A stretch of DNA of 64,000 nucleotides from positions 25,668,001-25,732,000 of the forward strand of contig NC_042998.1 of assembly GCF_006345805.1 (NCBI RefSeq), written 5' to 3'. The position numbers and the translations under genes were made by a program. Each line of letters starts with the position of its first letter. Position 1 is the first letter of the stretch. A model generated the notes under the pieces. The model did not search any database, had not been told where the DNA came from, and saw only the letters and a program-made list of their open reading frames with translations. The DNA comes from Octopus sinensis (Eukaryota). Positions 14,601 to 28,893 of this stretch are shown in pieces.

Positions 14601-15057
14601 TCTAATGCTGTGCAAGAGAGATGACTGCAATGTTATCATCATGTGATGTGTATGAATGAAGACAGCTGTGTAAAGAAGTGTTGGTCCTTAACTCTAGAGG
14701 AAATGTGTGGTAGAGGAAGACTTAGGCATTCATAGGACGAAGTGGTCAAGCATGACCCTTGAATGTTGGGTCTCACAGAGGCAATGACAAGTGACCACAA
14801 CCTTTGTTGATATGCTGTGCTTGAGGAGACTCATGAGATCAAATGAAATGATGGTCATGGCCGATGCCAGTGGCACATAACTGGCACCAGTGACAGAACC
14901 ACTTAACTAGCACCTATTACACTCTTGGAGTGGCTGCCATTAGGAAGGGCACCCAGTCATAGAAATCAAACCAAACCAGACTGGAACCAGGTACAGCTCT
15001 CTGGCCTCCCAGTTCCAGTCAAACTGTCTAACCCATGCCAGCATGAAAAGCAGATGT

Positions 15058-15091
<34 letters not shown>

Positions 15092-15136
15092 GGTGGTGGT
15101 GATGATGATGATGATGATGACGATGATGATGACGAC

Positions 15137-15189
<53 letters not shown>

Positions 15190-15190
15190 G
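14590..15190 (+). mobile_element. Degenerate RTE LINE 3' end with long (ATG)/(GTG) tail
   Basis: Decayed match to the ORF end at 16170-16400 (gacgaagtggtcaagcatgacc), followed by UTR and tail. Confidence 0.7.
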
Positions 15191-15534
15191 GTGATACATC
15201 TTTACCATTATCATAGGCTGCCGTCTTAGAAATATGATTTATTCTGAAATATGATTTATTCAGTTGCTAAATGAATGAAGTACTGGTGCTTTAATTGCAC
15301 TTTGTTTCAACAAGATGGTTTATTATTTCATAAATCAAAGAATGTAAACAGAACTAAAATATAAACAGAACTGGCCAACTACTGACTTTCATGTTTAATG
15401 TATACACAAATGTAGTGTAATAGTTACCAGGTAGGTCATAGACATACGATGATGGCCAATGTTCATATTTAAAGATATACAATATTATTACAAAATATTT
15501 TCTGAACCAAGTGAATTAATATTTATATATATAT

Positions 15535-15912
15535 ACTCTTTTACTCTTTTACTTGTTTCAGTCATATGACTGCGGCCATGCTGGAGCACCACCTTTAATC
15601 GAGCAACTCGACCCCGGAACTTATTCTTTTGTAAGCCCAGTGCTTATTCTATCAGTCTCTTTTGCCGAACCACTAAGTAACGGGGAAATAAACACACCAG
15701 CATCGGTTGTCAAGCAATGCTAGGGGGACAAACACAGACACACAAACACACACATGCATATATATATATATACATATATACGACGGACTTCTTTCAGTTT
15801 CCGTCTACCAAATCCACTCACAAGGCTTTGGTCGGCCCGAAGCTATAGTAGAAGACACTTGCCGGAACCGAGTGGTTAGTAAACAAGCTACTTACCACAC
15901 AGCCACTCCTGC
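15535..15912 (-). mobile_element. SINE-A, near complete
   Basis: Family A head-to-tail match. Further near-complete copies at ~26077-26486 (+), 31575-31947, 34078-34440, 37620-38032, 38440-38827, 41287-41690, 42615-43030, 46004-46461, 49010-49410, 53588-53998 (all -), and 48610-48995, 51650-52005, 59735-60125, 62030-62337 (+). Confidence 0.9.
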
Positions 15913-15949
15913 CATACATGCATACATATATATATATACATATACATAC

Positions 15950-16005
<56 letters not shown>

Positions 16006-16033
16006 TATATACATATATATATATATAAATATA

Positions 16034-17130
16034 TGGGCCGTGACTGCTGAGGATATGCGTAAGCTCGCAAGAAATGAAGCCAGTATGCTCCGATGGATGT
16101 GTAATGTCAGTGTTCATAATCGTCAGAGTGTAAGTACCTTGAGAGAAAAGTTGAACCTAAGAAGCGTCAGTTGTGGTTTGCAAGAGAGACGGCTGCGCTG
16201 GTATGGTCATATGACGAGAATGGCTGAAGATAGTTGTGTGCAAAAGTGCTACACCCTAGCAGTTGAGGGAACCTGTGGAGAGGTAGACCCAGGAAAACCT
16301 GGGACGAAGTGGTGAAGCACGACCTACGAACTTAGGTCTCACCAAGGAAATGACTAGAGACCGAGACCTATGGAAGTATGCTGTGCGTGAGAAGACCCGG
16401 CAAGACTAGTCAGGCCATAACCCGTGGCCCCTACCTGGGACGTAGTCAGTCCACCTGTGCATACCTTCCTTCTTGTGACACTTGTGAAGACCTGTTGAGG
16501 CAAGTGAAATCAAACAAAATCAAAATAGATGAACATCAATGGAATTTGTATCTTGTGGTACCAGTGCCAGTGGCACACAAGAAAACCATCCGAACGTGTC
16601 CGTAGCCAGTGCCGCACCGACTGGCCTCCATGCTGTGGGCACGTAACAATCACCATCCAATTGTGGCCGATCGCCAGCCTAATCTGGCTCCTGTGTCGGT
16701 GGCACATAAAAACACCATCCGAGCGTGGCCATTCGCCAGCCTCGTCTGGCACCTGTGTCGGTGGCACATAAAAACACCATCCGAGCGTGGTCATCTGCCA
16801 GCCTTGTCTGGCACCTGTGTCAGTGGCACATAAAAACACCATCCGAGCGTGGCCGTTCGCCAGCTTCGTCTGGCACCTGTGTCGGTGGCACATAAAAACA
16901 CCATCCGAGCGTGGCCGTTCGCCAGCCTCGTCTGGCACCTGTGTCGGTGGCACATAAAATCACCCACTACACTCTCGGAGTGGTTGGCGTTAGGAAGGGC
17001 ATCCAGCTGTAGAAACACTGCCAGATCTGACTGGCCTGGTGCAGCCTTCGGGCTCCCCAGACCCCAGTTGAACCGTCCAACCCATGCTAGCATGGAAAGC
17101 GGACGTTAAATGATGATGATGATGATGATG
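16034..17130 (+). mobile_element. 5'-truncated RTE-clade LINE: RT C-terminus, 3' UTR with 62-bp repeats, (ATG)n tail
   Basis: Translation WAVTAEDMRKLARNEASMLRWMCNVS...RRLRWYGHMTRMAEDS...GRPRKTWDEVVKHD with a frameshift; typical RTE C-terminal motif. Confidence 0.9.
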
Positions 17131-17227
17131 ATATTTATATATACACACATATATATATACATATTTGTATATACATATATATATATATATATACACAGAC
17201 ATACACACATATATATGTATATATAAC

Positions 17228-17490
17228 CCCTTTGATTATTATGTGTGGGATGCAATTGAGTGAGGTGAACTGAAAGTGATGAACTGAAAGCAAGGATTAT
17301 GGCAGCATTCACCAACTTAAACAAGGAGACCATCCAGAAGAGTTGCAAGAGATTTAAAGTCATCTGGAGGTTGTGGTTAGTATTTCATGATATCTTTATG
17401 TAAATTTGGTAAATATATCTGTTAAAATGAGATGTCAGTGATATTTTCATTTTGTGTAATTTAGACAATTTATTCACTGCACCTTGTATA
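17228..17490 (+). mobile_element. maT/Tc1-mariner 3' remnant
   Basis: PFDYYVWDAIE...ELKARIMAAF translation; homologous to 26530-26800; ends in TIR-like gacaatttattcactgcaccttgta. Confidence 0.75.
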
Positions 17491-20312
17491 TATTTATGTA
17501 TGTATGTATGTATATATGTATGTATGTATGTATGTTTGTATGTATGTATGTAGGTAGGTAGGTAATTAGGTAGGTAGGTAGGTAGGTAGGTAGGTAGGTA
17601 GGTAGGTATATAGATAGATATGTCATGGGATTGTGCAGCATAAGTGATTATCTTTGAATTTCTTTAAAGATTCTATTATATATGTATTTTATATATTTTG
17701 AATTATTATTGATTTTCATATATGAGCATTCAATAATAACGATGGTGATTATCTCTCAAAAAAAAAAAGTAATTAATTTCGTGAACTCAGTACAATGTAT
17801 GAAATATATATGGTATCATTGCAAACTTAGCTGAATGTAACTAACATTGAATATCTGTGGTATTGCCATACAGTAACAAAGTTGCAAAAGACAACTAAAA
17901 AATAATTGAAGTTTTTTTTTTTTTTTTTTTTTCATTAAGCTAATCAGTTCTACCTTGCACGCAACGGTATGTGTTTCAATGACTAATGAAGTTCTCCATG
18001 ATGAAATAATTTGTTTTTATTATTAGGAAGTTCGACACACAATCACAGATCAAATCACTTACCACTCAGTCTAACTCTGGAACATAATTGAATATAATTT
18101 CTTTATTATGAGTATTTTGATAAATTTCTGGTCTTTTTTTTTTTCTTTTTTACTTTTCTAGCTTACACTGCAGTATCACTGTCTATATCACTGAATGTTT
18201 TCTATACATCATTTATTACCATATCAAATTAAAATAAATTCCATTCACAGTATATTTTAGTTTCTTTATTTTCAGATACCTACAATGAAGAAAAACATCT
18301 CACCTCATCTTATTAGATAAAATTGCTTTGCCTGTTCAAAGCATTTTCATATGTTTGTCCTTAACGTCCATGCTTGTTTCATACTTTCTGTTCCACACTT
18401 TCTGAGAAATATAAAGCTTTCATTTCATAAGCTACAAGTTACTCTGGCTGGTCGAAAAAGTGTAGAATGTGCATCATATGTAATGCCATCTGATGGCATA
18501 GGCACACCAGGAAACTCGCCTTGTGGAATTATGAGTCTAGGGGCCTGATTCTCATTGATAGTGGAGGCACATGGCCTAGTGGTTAGAGCAGCGGACTCGT
18601 GGTCGAGGGATCGTAGGTTTGAATCTCAGACCAGGTGATGTGTGTGTTTATGAGCAAAACACCTAAGCTCCACGTGGCTCCGACAGAAGGTAATGGCGAA
18701 CTTCTGCAGACTCTTTCGCCACAACTTTCTTGCACTCTTTCCTCCTGCATCTTGCAGTTCACCTGTGATGGGCCAGCATCCTGTCCAGGTGGAGAACCTA
18801 TACGCCAAGGAAACCGGGAAACCGGCCCTTATAAGCTAGGCATGGCTCGAGAAGGAACAAACATTCTCATTGATATATTTGCTGCAGCTTGCTGTTAGTA
18901 AATAAATACTGTAGGGCCCATAGCATTTATTGACCTGGAAGCCTCACAGGTCTAAGGATCCAATTCTGATCGAATAACAGGCAATGGGGGTTCCAGTTCC
19001 TCCAGTCAATGAAATAGCCTGCATGTAAAATTAAAATGCAAGTGGCTGAGCACTCCACAGACTCATGTAGCCTTAATGTAGTTCTGAGAGAGATTCAGCA
19101 TGACAAGGTTGCCCCCATTTAATTACAGCTACAATTCATTTTTGCCAGCTGAGTAGACTAAAACAACATGAAATAAAGTGTCTTGCTCAAGAACCCATAT
19201 GCCACCAGGAAACGAACTCACAGCCACTTTCTGACCTATCCGTGATGTGGCTTGCATTTCATAACTAAATACCACAGTGTCCAGTGCACTGATTTTCCCA
19301 GGAGCCTCACAGTCCAAGGATCCAATTCTAATCTGTCCATGCTATAGCTCCCAATCAATAACTAACAACTATAGGGTCCAGAGCATTGATTTTCTCAAGG
19401 GGCCTATAATGCTCCTAAGATGACACTCAGATCATGTGATACACTGAACAGGTAAAGAGTCAATAAGACACTACTGTATTATTGTGAAGAAAGCTATCAT
19501 TGTTCTTTCTACTATAAAAAGGTTTTTTAAACCATTTTGTTATATATGACCCCTTTTGATTGCTATTTTATTCTGGTGCCCCCATTCCATAGCAATTCAA
19601 TATTTAAAATCTAGGTTTATAGAAACTTCTTTCAGAATTCCTATTTTGAGTTTCACACATTAACTTGTGTAGGTTAAATGTTATAGAAAGAAACCTAACT
19701 GTTTCTTGTAATATATGCCAATTCACACATCTATAGCAAAATGTTTTCACAGACTCTTAAAATACTATTGTGAATCCCCTATTTACTATTTTGTTGTGTG
19801 GATCCTTAAAAAACTTATATGAATCCTCAAGGGCCATATGGACCCCGGTAGAGAACCATGTACTAGAATGTTAATAGGACACCACAGTATTATGTACAGA
19901 AATATTTTATATAGACATAGGAGTGGCTGTGTGGTAAGTAGCTTGCTTACCAACCGCATGGTTCTGGGTTCAGTCTCACTGCATGGCACCTCGGGCAAGT
20001 GTCTTCTACAATAGCCTCAGGCCGACCAAAGCCTTGTGAGTGGATTTGGTAGACAGAAACTGAAAGAAGCCCGTCGTATATATGTATATATATATATATA
20101 ATTATACTATTTTATATAAAGATTGTTAACATTAACAATACTCAGAAACAGGCTACAATCGAAGTGCTCAAATTGGGCTAAATTCCAATTTATAATTTGA
20201 ATGGAGGCAATACGAACGGAAAACTAGAGGAACATGACCAGCATAGTGCTCCAGCATGGCCACAGTCATGTTCCTCTAATTTTCCATTCATATTGCCTCC
20301 ATTCAAATTATG

Positions 20313-20348
<36 letters not shown>

Positions 20349-20369
20349 CATGTGATCTCTTGAGCACTA

Positions 20370-20560
20370 CCAGCAAAAATATTTTTTCCTCTGTCTTTCC
20401 TTCTTGGGATCTTTCCTTCTCCTTGTTTCCGACGAAGAGCTCCGCTCGAAACGTTAAACCCTCCTTCCCTTCTCTCCTGAGCATCAATAATACTTTAATT
20501 GTTCCACGTACTCGCGTTGCTGTGTTTTTTCTCTTTTTTTCTGTGTTTTCTTGTTTGGAT
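20370..20560 (+). mobile_element. PLE-like terminal fragment carrying a variant minimal HHR (20425-20459)
   Basis: GUUU CCGACGA A GAGC UCC GCUC GAAA CG UU AAAC; inverted homologue at ~47315-47500 (motif 47417-47451). Confidence 0.55.
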
Positions 20561-21297
20561 TAACTATATATATATATATATATGTATGTATGTGTGTGTG
20601 TGTATATGTTTGTGTGTCTGTTCGTCCCCCCAACATTGCTTGACAACCGATGCTGGTGTGTTTACGTCCCTGTCCCTGTAACTCAGCAGTTCAGCAAAAG
20701 AGACCGATAGAATAAGTAGTAGGCTTAGAAAGAATAAGTCCTGGGGTCGATTTGCTCGACTAAAAAGGCGGTGCTCCAGCATGGCCACAGTCAACTGACT
20801 GAAACAAGTAAAAGAGTAAAAGAGTAAATCAACACCACAAGTAAGTATATTGTTTCCCATCTATTTAATAATTTTATTGGCATTACATATATTGTTCGTT
20901 ATATAAATTGTTTTGCACTTAGTTGAGTAATTAACTTCTGCCATGTTGGCTAAAAGTAGAAAAAAAAAAATCAAATATCATGTTATAAACAATTTAGGAC
21001 GTTTCTTTCAAAGAAAAATGAGGAAACCATGGCAACTAAAATTTCACTACAAAAAAATATATTTAATGTAAAACGCAAATTATATGTTAAATGTCCAATA
21101 AATTTCAAATGAAAATTACATGTTAAGTTTCGAAAAGATTTACACACACATGCACACATACACATATATACAGAAACATGTATGTGTGTATGTGTATATA
21201 TATATATATAATATATGAAACGATGCATATATATACAAATATATGTACTTATACATATATATGCATATATATATGTGTATGTATATATATGTATATA

Positions 21298-21404
<107 letters not shown>

Positions 21405-21429
21405 TAGATATATAATGATAATAATAATA

Positions 21430-21462
<33 letters not shown>

Positions 21463-21946
21463 TAGGATCAGTCAAGTGATCATGGTAAAACACAGTTTGT
21501 TAGTCTCTAGCATAAACATGGCTTGTATAGAAAATACAGATGACTCAATAACTGACCAATGAAATTTGTTAATCAATGTATCAAATACAGTTCATCCCAT
21601 ATCAAGATTAGATACTAAATTCTGACACGATGACATGTAACTGACAACCACATTGTAAAAGCAACATTTATTGCTTATAATGTCATATTCAAATCTTTAA
21701 TTAAAAGGGATGGAAGAAGTTGTCAAGTATTACATTTGTTTCAAAAGTGCAGTGGATGTGTCTTACATAATATTACGGATGTCCTGTAACTGTCCAGTGC
21801 GCTTTCTCCTTGGGTACATACAACCATTTTAGTTGAAAATTGTATGCCATGGAGGAGAATGCAAAAACCAAACTATCAGAGAAAGATCAAAAATGGTACT
21901 GGAGATTGGAATGAGTAAAGAACCAATGATATGACTTATTTAGTAA

Positions 21947-22336
21947 CTAGCAGCATCACCCGCGTTGCTCAGGTTTGTTTCGACCCTTTAGAATTAGAAT
22001 TTTTGAAAAGTAAAAATTTTGCATTATGTAGCTTGTTATTCTCTATAAGTGAACATTTTTCTGGTTGAAATACACTGAAAAATGGTGACACAGCAGTCAA
22101 AACATCGTAAAAAAATAGGGATTTTCATAGAAAAAGAGCACCTTTTTGATGTAAATAATTTTTGGTCTTAACATGGTCCGATTTGAATTTTATCTTCTGC
22201 GGAAGGAAGAGCAAGTCTTCTTCTATCATACTCTCAATTTTGGTCAACTTGCGCCACAGGGTCTCGGAGGAGATAGTGTTAGTTGAAGGATACCCAACCT
22301 GCCACACACAGACAACTTCAGATTTATATATATAGA
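21947..22336 (-). mobile_element. Helitron-like non-autonomous element, second copy
   Basis: Reverse-complement homologue of 11532-11927 with the same TC...CTAG termini at an A/T site. Confidence 0.65.
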
Positions 22337-23619
22337 TTAGACTAGCAAGATAGATAGGGATATGGTTTCAGTCCATTATCGGCATACTTAAACTTTTGTA
22401 GTGGCTACAGCAGATTATAAACTCCTTATTGTTTATGTCATGTCCTACTTATAATTTTGTTCCATTTATGCGTATACTTCATAGCTCATTTCTATGCATT
22501 TTTTTAATTATACTTTGTTGTCACTAATAAAGAAAAGATTGTAATTATTTGGTGCCATGGAATGGCAAAATCGAGTTTCTCTTTAGTCTTAGATTAAGTC
22601 CTGATGTGTGGAGGCGTAATGGCCCAGTGGTTAGGGCAGCGGACTCGCGGTCATAGGATCGCGGTTTCGATTCCCAGACCGGGCGTTGTGAGTGTTTATT
22701 GAGTGAAAACACCTAAAGCTCCACGAGGCTCCGGCAGGGGATGGTGGTGATCCCTGCTGTACTCTTTCACCACAACTTTCTCTCACTCTTACTTCCTGTT
22801 TCTGTTGTACCTGTATTTCAAGGGGCCGGCCTTGTCACTCTCTGTGTCACGCTGATAATCCCCGAGAACTGCGTTAAGGGTACACATGTCTGTGGAGTGC
22901 TCAGCCACTTACACGTTAATTTCACAAGCAGGCTGTTCCATTGATTCAGATCAACCGGAACCCTCGTCGTCGTAACGATGGAGTGCTTCCCAAGTCCTGA
23001 TGTGATCAAATTTGGTCTTCAGTCCTTCAAGCCTGATAACATAATCCTTTCTATTAAAAGCAGAAGGCCTGAAATGTGGGGGAGGAGGGCTGTCGATTAC
23101 AACGACTCCAGTATTTAACTGGTATATATTTTATTGGCCTTTTGAAAGGATAAAATGCAGATCAACCTCGGCAGGATTTGAACTCAGGACATAGCGACGG
23201 GCGAAATACCACTAAGCATTTCATCCAATTTGCTAAGGAATCTGCTGGCTCACTGCCTTTACAAGACTCTTTTACTCTTTTACCCTTTTACTTGCTTTAG
23301 TCATTTGACTGTGGCCATGCTGGAGCACCGCCTTTAGTCGAGCACATCGACCCCAGGACTTATTCTTCGGAAACCTAGTACTTATTCTATCAGTGTCTTT
23401 TGCCGAACCACTAAGTTACAGGGATGTAAACACCAGCATCAGTTCTCAAGCCATCTGGTTCACCAGACCTCAGTCAATACGTCCAACCCATGCTAGCAAG
23501 GAAAGTGGACGTTAAACGATGTTGATGATGATGATGATGATGATGTAATCGACTTACCCACTTCCCTTAAATTGCTGGCCTTGTGCCAAAATTTGAAACC
23601 AATATTTAGTCATAGACCA

Positions 23620-23960
23620 TTACATCTATCCATTCATCCGTCTTCATTACTCCCTATTTTCGAGAGGGTTCTAGGAGCAAAGTTATCAAGCAAATTCTCC
23701 TGGAGATCCTCTCAGAAGTAACTGTCAACAAATGTTCCACCTGGATTCCCAAGCAGAATCGACTGAAGTGATGGATATCATCCGACCATCTCATCTGAGA
23801 TCAACCCCTATATCTCCTGTTGGTTGGCTTTGCCTGAAAAATCTGTTCCTGTGAGTCTTTTCTCATATATTCTAACTAAATACACATACAAGTTTCCAAA
23901 ATAGAATTCTCCTGAAGCAATGTTACTTGATAGACTCAAGGATCAAAGAATTGCTCTGGG
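23620..23960 (-). mobile_element. Old RTE-like LINE 3' fragment (different subfamily)
   Basis: Minus translation RG*SQMRWSDDIHH...LGIQVEHLLTV resembles the RGRPxxRWxD motif at the RTE C-terminus. Confidence 0.55.
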
Positions 23961-24007
23961 TCAAGCCATTACTCCTTCACATTGAGAGATAACAACTCCA
24001 GTACCTA

Positions 24008-24237
24008 TTTCTTTACTACCCACAAGAGGATAAACACAGAGGGGACAAACAAGGACAGACAAACGGATTAAGTCGATTATATCGACCCCAGTGCTTAACT
24101 GGTACTTATTTAATTGACCCCGAAAGGATGAAAGACAAAGCCGACTTCGGCGGAATTTGAACTCAGAACGTAGCGACAGATGAAATACTGCTGAGCATTT
24201 CGCCCGGTGTGCTAACGATTCTGCCAGCTCGCCGCCT
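24008..24237 (-). mobile_element. SINE family C with 13-bp TSD
   Basis: actccagtaccta at 23995-24007 and 24238-24250; head ggcgagctggcagaatcgttagc. Confidence 0.9.
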
Positions 24238-26485
24238 ACTCCAGTACCTACAGGCATATGGACAATTATATTCCAAATTCAAAACACCACCACCACATGA
24301 TCTACTTTGCCTTTTGTCCTTCTGATGGGGATAAAAAAAGTGACCCTCAAATACAGATGTCAAATTAATCAGTTAACCCTTTCACAAAAGATGTGTGGCT
24401 TTCTGCCAAAGTTTAGATATCAATAACATATTTTTTGTTTTTACGTTTGTTTATTTATTTTATTTATTAATAACAGTTTCAAATTCCAATATGTCTTTGA
24501 CAAACACAACAAGCCTTGCTAATGATTATAGTAATACATAATATTTACATAGTATGCTATTTGAGTAGAGGAAATAAAGCAGAAATGCTTCGCATGCATA
24601 TTGCCTTTCGGAAATATTTATTAAGGTAAATTAGTACTTCAGGCAAGCTTACATATAAAATGCATATTGCATTTGCTATAAATTTCAAATATCAACTGAT
24701 GCGTGAATACTTTAAAGCCTCAGCTCAAACTATAAAGTCATTCAGACATTGCTGACAGCTTGTTCACGTTAGGGAAACAGAAATATTTGCATTTTCTGTT
24801 ATCAACCATAGGTTTTATCGTGCAGCCTTGATATACTACTATTCTAACCAGCACTTAGATTTCCCAGGGATCTTTTCCTAAATAATCAGTTCATACATTT
24901 TTTTTTTTTTTGTGTATGTGTGTGTATTTACATTGACTTAGTCATATGACATTTAATAAAATGAGTGTATAACTATATACACTTTTACACTTTTACTTGT
25001 CCCAGTCATTTGACTGCAGCCATGCTGGAGCACCACCTTTTGTCGAGCAAATCGACCCCAGGACTTTTTATTTGTAAGCCTAGTACTTATTTTATTGGTC
25101 TCTTATGTTGAACCGCTAAGTTACAGGGACATAAACACACCAACATCAGTTGTCAAGCGATGTTGTGGGGACAGACATATGCACACATATTATTGTTTTT
25201 TGTATTTGTATTCGTATTATGTTTTGTCTTTTGTATTTATAGTCGTGTAACATCGTCCATTTTTCTGTCTTTGTTTTCTATATATTCGATGCTTTTTCCA
25301 CGAAATCTAATGCTCGTAGCTTAGTTTTTTCCTTGGGGCTGGCCAGATTGGAGCAATCTCAAGATTAATCAGCCGAAATTGTGAGGATGATCCGGTTCTT
25401 GACTGAAGATTAGAGGCTTTGAATGACCCGTCCATATTTTTTGTATCGTCTATTTGGATGTTTTGCATTTTTGTCCCATTTTGTATTTTTATATATATAT
25501 ACATATATACGATGGGCTTCCTTCAGTTTCTGTCTACCAAATCCACTCACAAAGCTTTGGTCGGCCCGAGGCTATAGAAGAAGACATTTGCCCAAGGTGC
25601 CACACAGTGGGAATGAACATGGAACTATGTGGTTGGTAAGCGAGGTGCAATATTTCAAGTTGGAAAAAATATTAAAAAAATTACTGGCATGGCTCTGTGG
25701 TAAGAAGCTTGCTTCCGAACCACATGGTTCCAGGTTCAATCCCACTACAAAGCACCTCGGGCAAGTGTCTTGTACTATAGCTTTGTGCTGACCAAAGTCC
25801 TGTGAGTGGATTTGGCAAAGGGAAACTGAAAGAAGCCCATTGTAGATATATGTGTGTGTGTGTTTGTCCTGGTTAACAACAGATGTTGGTGTGTTTGGGT
25901 CCCTGTAACTTAACAGTTTAGCAAAAGAGACTGACATAATAAGTACCAGGCTTAAAAACATAATAAGTACTGCTGGGGTGGGGTGGGGTGGGGGTCAATT
26001 CATTCAACTAGAATTCTTTAAGGCAGTGCCCCAGTATGGTCGTAGTCTATTGACTGAAACAAGTAAATGAAAAAGAGTGACTGTGCGGTAAGTAGCTTGC
26101 TTACCAACCACATGGTTCCGGGTTCAGTCCCACTGCATGGCATCTTGGGCATGTGTCTTCTGCTATAGCCCCGGGCCGACCAATGCCTTGTGAGTGGATT
26201 TGGTAGATGGAAACTGAAGGAAGCCTGTCGTATATATGTATATATATATATGTGTGTGTGTATGTGTTTGTGTGTCTGTGTTTGTCTCCCTAGCATTGCT
26301 TGACAACCGATGCTGGTGTGTTTACGTCCCCGTCACTTAGCGGTTCGGCAAAAAGAGACCGATAGAATAAGTACTAGGCTTACAAAGAATAAGTCCCGGG
26401 GTCGAGTTGCTCGACTAAAAGGCAGTGCTCCAGCATGGCCGCAGTCAAATGACTGAAACAAGTAAAAGAGTAAAGAGTAAAGAGT

Positions 26486-26529
<44 letters not shown>

Positions 26530-26530
<1 letters not shown>

Positions 26531-27712
26531 CATAAAAAGGAAAATAACACTGACATCTCATTTTAACAGATATATTTACCAAAATTACATAAGAATATCT
26601 TGAAATACTAATGAGTAAATTTATTCAATAAAATCACCATTATTCTTCAACCATGGCCTCCAGATGACTTTGGAATCTTCTGCAACTCTTCTGGATAGTT
26701 TCCTTGTTTAAATTGGTCAATGCTGCCATAATCGTTGCCTTCATTTCATCTTTGGTGTTACAAGGAGTTTTGTTAGTCTCTCGATCAACTGCCCCCACAC
26801 ATAATAATCAAGGGGGTTGCAGTTTGGGGAGTTAGGTGGCCAGATGTTAGGGGTGATGTGATCGCGAAATTGTCTGACAGCCATGACTGAGTTCTCCTGC
26901 TTGTACAGCATGATGCAGAGTCCTGTTGCCAGACATAGGGTCTTCCAGCAGCCACCATCTTGACCCAGGGCAGCACTACCTCGTCCAGGCACTTGATGTA
27001 GGCCACCGTGTTGAGTAAGGCCATGTGGGAAGATGAATGAAGGCATAATGTCACTATCTCAAGTGATCACTCCAAACACCATGATGTTGAGTGGATGTTG
27101 GATTTTTATCACTCTTGGTACATGTTTTTATAGAGATGGCAAGCCAACGGTTGTTCTGTGTGTTCCCCATCTGATCCTGGCAGAAATTTTTCTCATCTGA
27201 GAAAAGCCAAAACATATTCAGTTGGAGGTGATGCTTGAGGGTGTTGAAAAACTTCATAGTGTGGTCTTTCCTCTTGTCCTTGATGGCTTTGGATAAAAGC
27301 TGGCCCTTTCTCATCTTGTGTGAGGAATACCGAATGTCTTCCTGCACTACCTGCCTGATAAGAAACTCAAACACTCCTATGTCCCTAGTGACGGATTTGG
27401 TTGACTTGGATCTCACTAACAAATTCAGGAGTTCTTCTCTTATTAGACTGATGAGAGTGAGTTTTCCGAGCTGCCATACTTTTGTAATCACCATTAGACT
27501 CATCCAACTCTTTCCGAATCCTCTGCTCTGTCCTCAGATGAATGCCAAGCAGTACAACATGTCATTTCCAATTGTATCATGTTGCTGTTTTTCTAATGTA
27601 CAGTGCCCAAACGACCCTACTATACTGTGTAGCTGACAAATTGTGAAACAAGCAATATGCATGCGTGAAATTATAAATATAAAATGGTGACAATTTAACC
27701 ATCGCATCCTGT
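26530..27712 (-). pseudogene. Frameshifted DD37D (maT) transposase remnant
   Basis: FSDEKNF...WQQDSA...WPPNSPNCNPLDYYVWG; 37 residues between the second and third D across a frameshift; TIR-like end tacaggatgcgatggttaaattgtc at 27712. Confidence 0.85.
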
Positions 27713-27954
27713 AAATGTGTATGTATATAACATACAAGTATGTGTGTGTGTGTGTTGTGGGGGTGGAGGTGTATGTATGTATATGTATGCATATCTGAAC
27801 AATATTATTCGGTGAGATGATAACAATATTTGCCAGGAAAACATAACATATGCCAAGAGAGAAAAAGGATATTTGTACAAATGAAACAAAAATTAAGAAA
27901 TCAGAGGCCACGGCATTGACATATAATAGTAAACAGACATGTATGCGCAGATAT

Positions 27955-28465
27955 GTGAGCACACACACACATACAGTACACGTACACACATTTGTACACA
28001 CAAGTGAACACACATGCACAGCACACACACACATACACACACATGCACGCACACACACACACACAGACACATCATATGTACACACATAAATATACATACA
28101 TACACACACATACAGTACACGTACACACATTTGTACACACAAGTGAACACACATGCACAACACACACACACATACACATGCACGCACACATATACACATG
28201 CACGCACACACACACACACACACATCATATGTACACACATAAATACACACACATACATACAACACACGTACACACACTTGTACACACAAGTGAACACACA
28301 TGCACAGCACACATACACACACGTGCATGCACACACACACACTCACACACACACATCATATGTACACACATAAATACACACACACACACACACACATACA
28401 GCACACGTACACACACTTGTACACACATGTGAACACACATGCACAGCACACATACACATACGCGC
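27955..28465. repeat. CA-derived ~140-bp higher-order tandem repeat, 4 copies
   Basis: a(a/t)gtgaacac anchors at 28002, 28141, 28288 and 28427. Confidence 0.85.
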
Positions 28466-28468
28466 ACG

Positions 28469-28645
28469 TATGAGGTGTTATCAGAAAGCTTCATGAATTC
28501 GCATGCTGTGATATTGAACAGTTCAACGGAAATACGTGCAAAGTTTGTCCTCAGCTCCTGGCGCTCACTCAAAAGCAACGTCTTCCCATGTGCCTTGAGC
28601 TCTGTGAGAAGACTAATGATGCACATTTCAAGATTCGACTGCTTT
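28469..28645 (+). mobile_element. Mariner remnant
   Basis: TIR-like tatgaggtgttatcagaaag; frameshift-corrected AKFV(P)QLLALTQKQRL resembles the mariner AKFVPRLL motif. Confidence 0.45.
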
Positions 28646-28893
28646 TAATTGAATGTTAAAGAGCAGCAGGACAAAATTTGATGCCATACATTGAATGTTC
28701 AAGTTTTCACTGAGAATCTCCTGGTAGATTTCTTAATTGCTTCAGTAACATGAGAGAGTAAATAGATTGATCTGTGGTTGCCCACATGGATGCTTTCATG
28801 GAATTTCCTCTGTTTCCTGGCATTTTGCTAATGATGAGAGAAAAATGATATTTGTATAACTGAACCAAAAATTAAGGCTGAGTGGGCTTCACT

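Noticed and set aside
25400-25440. CUGAAGA motif in the unclassified repeat (also 14455-14490)
   Set aside because: Only GAA follows and there is no convincing stem I or II in either copy.
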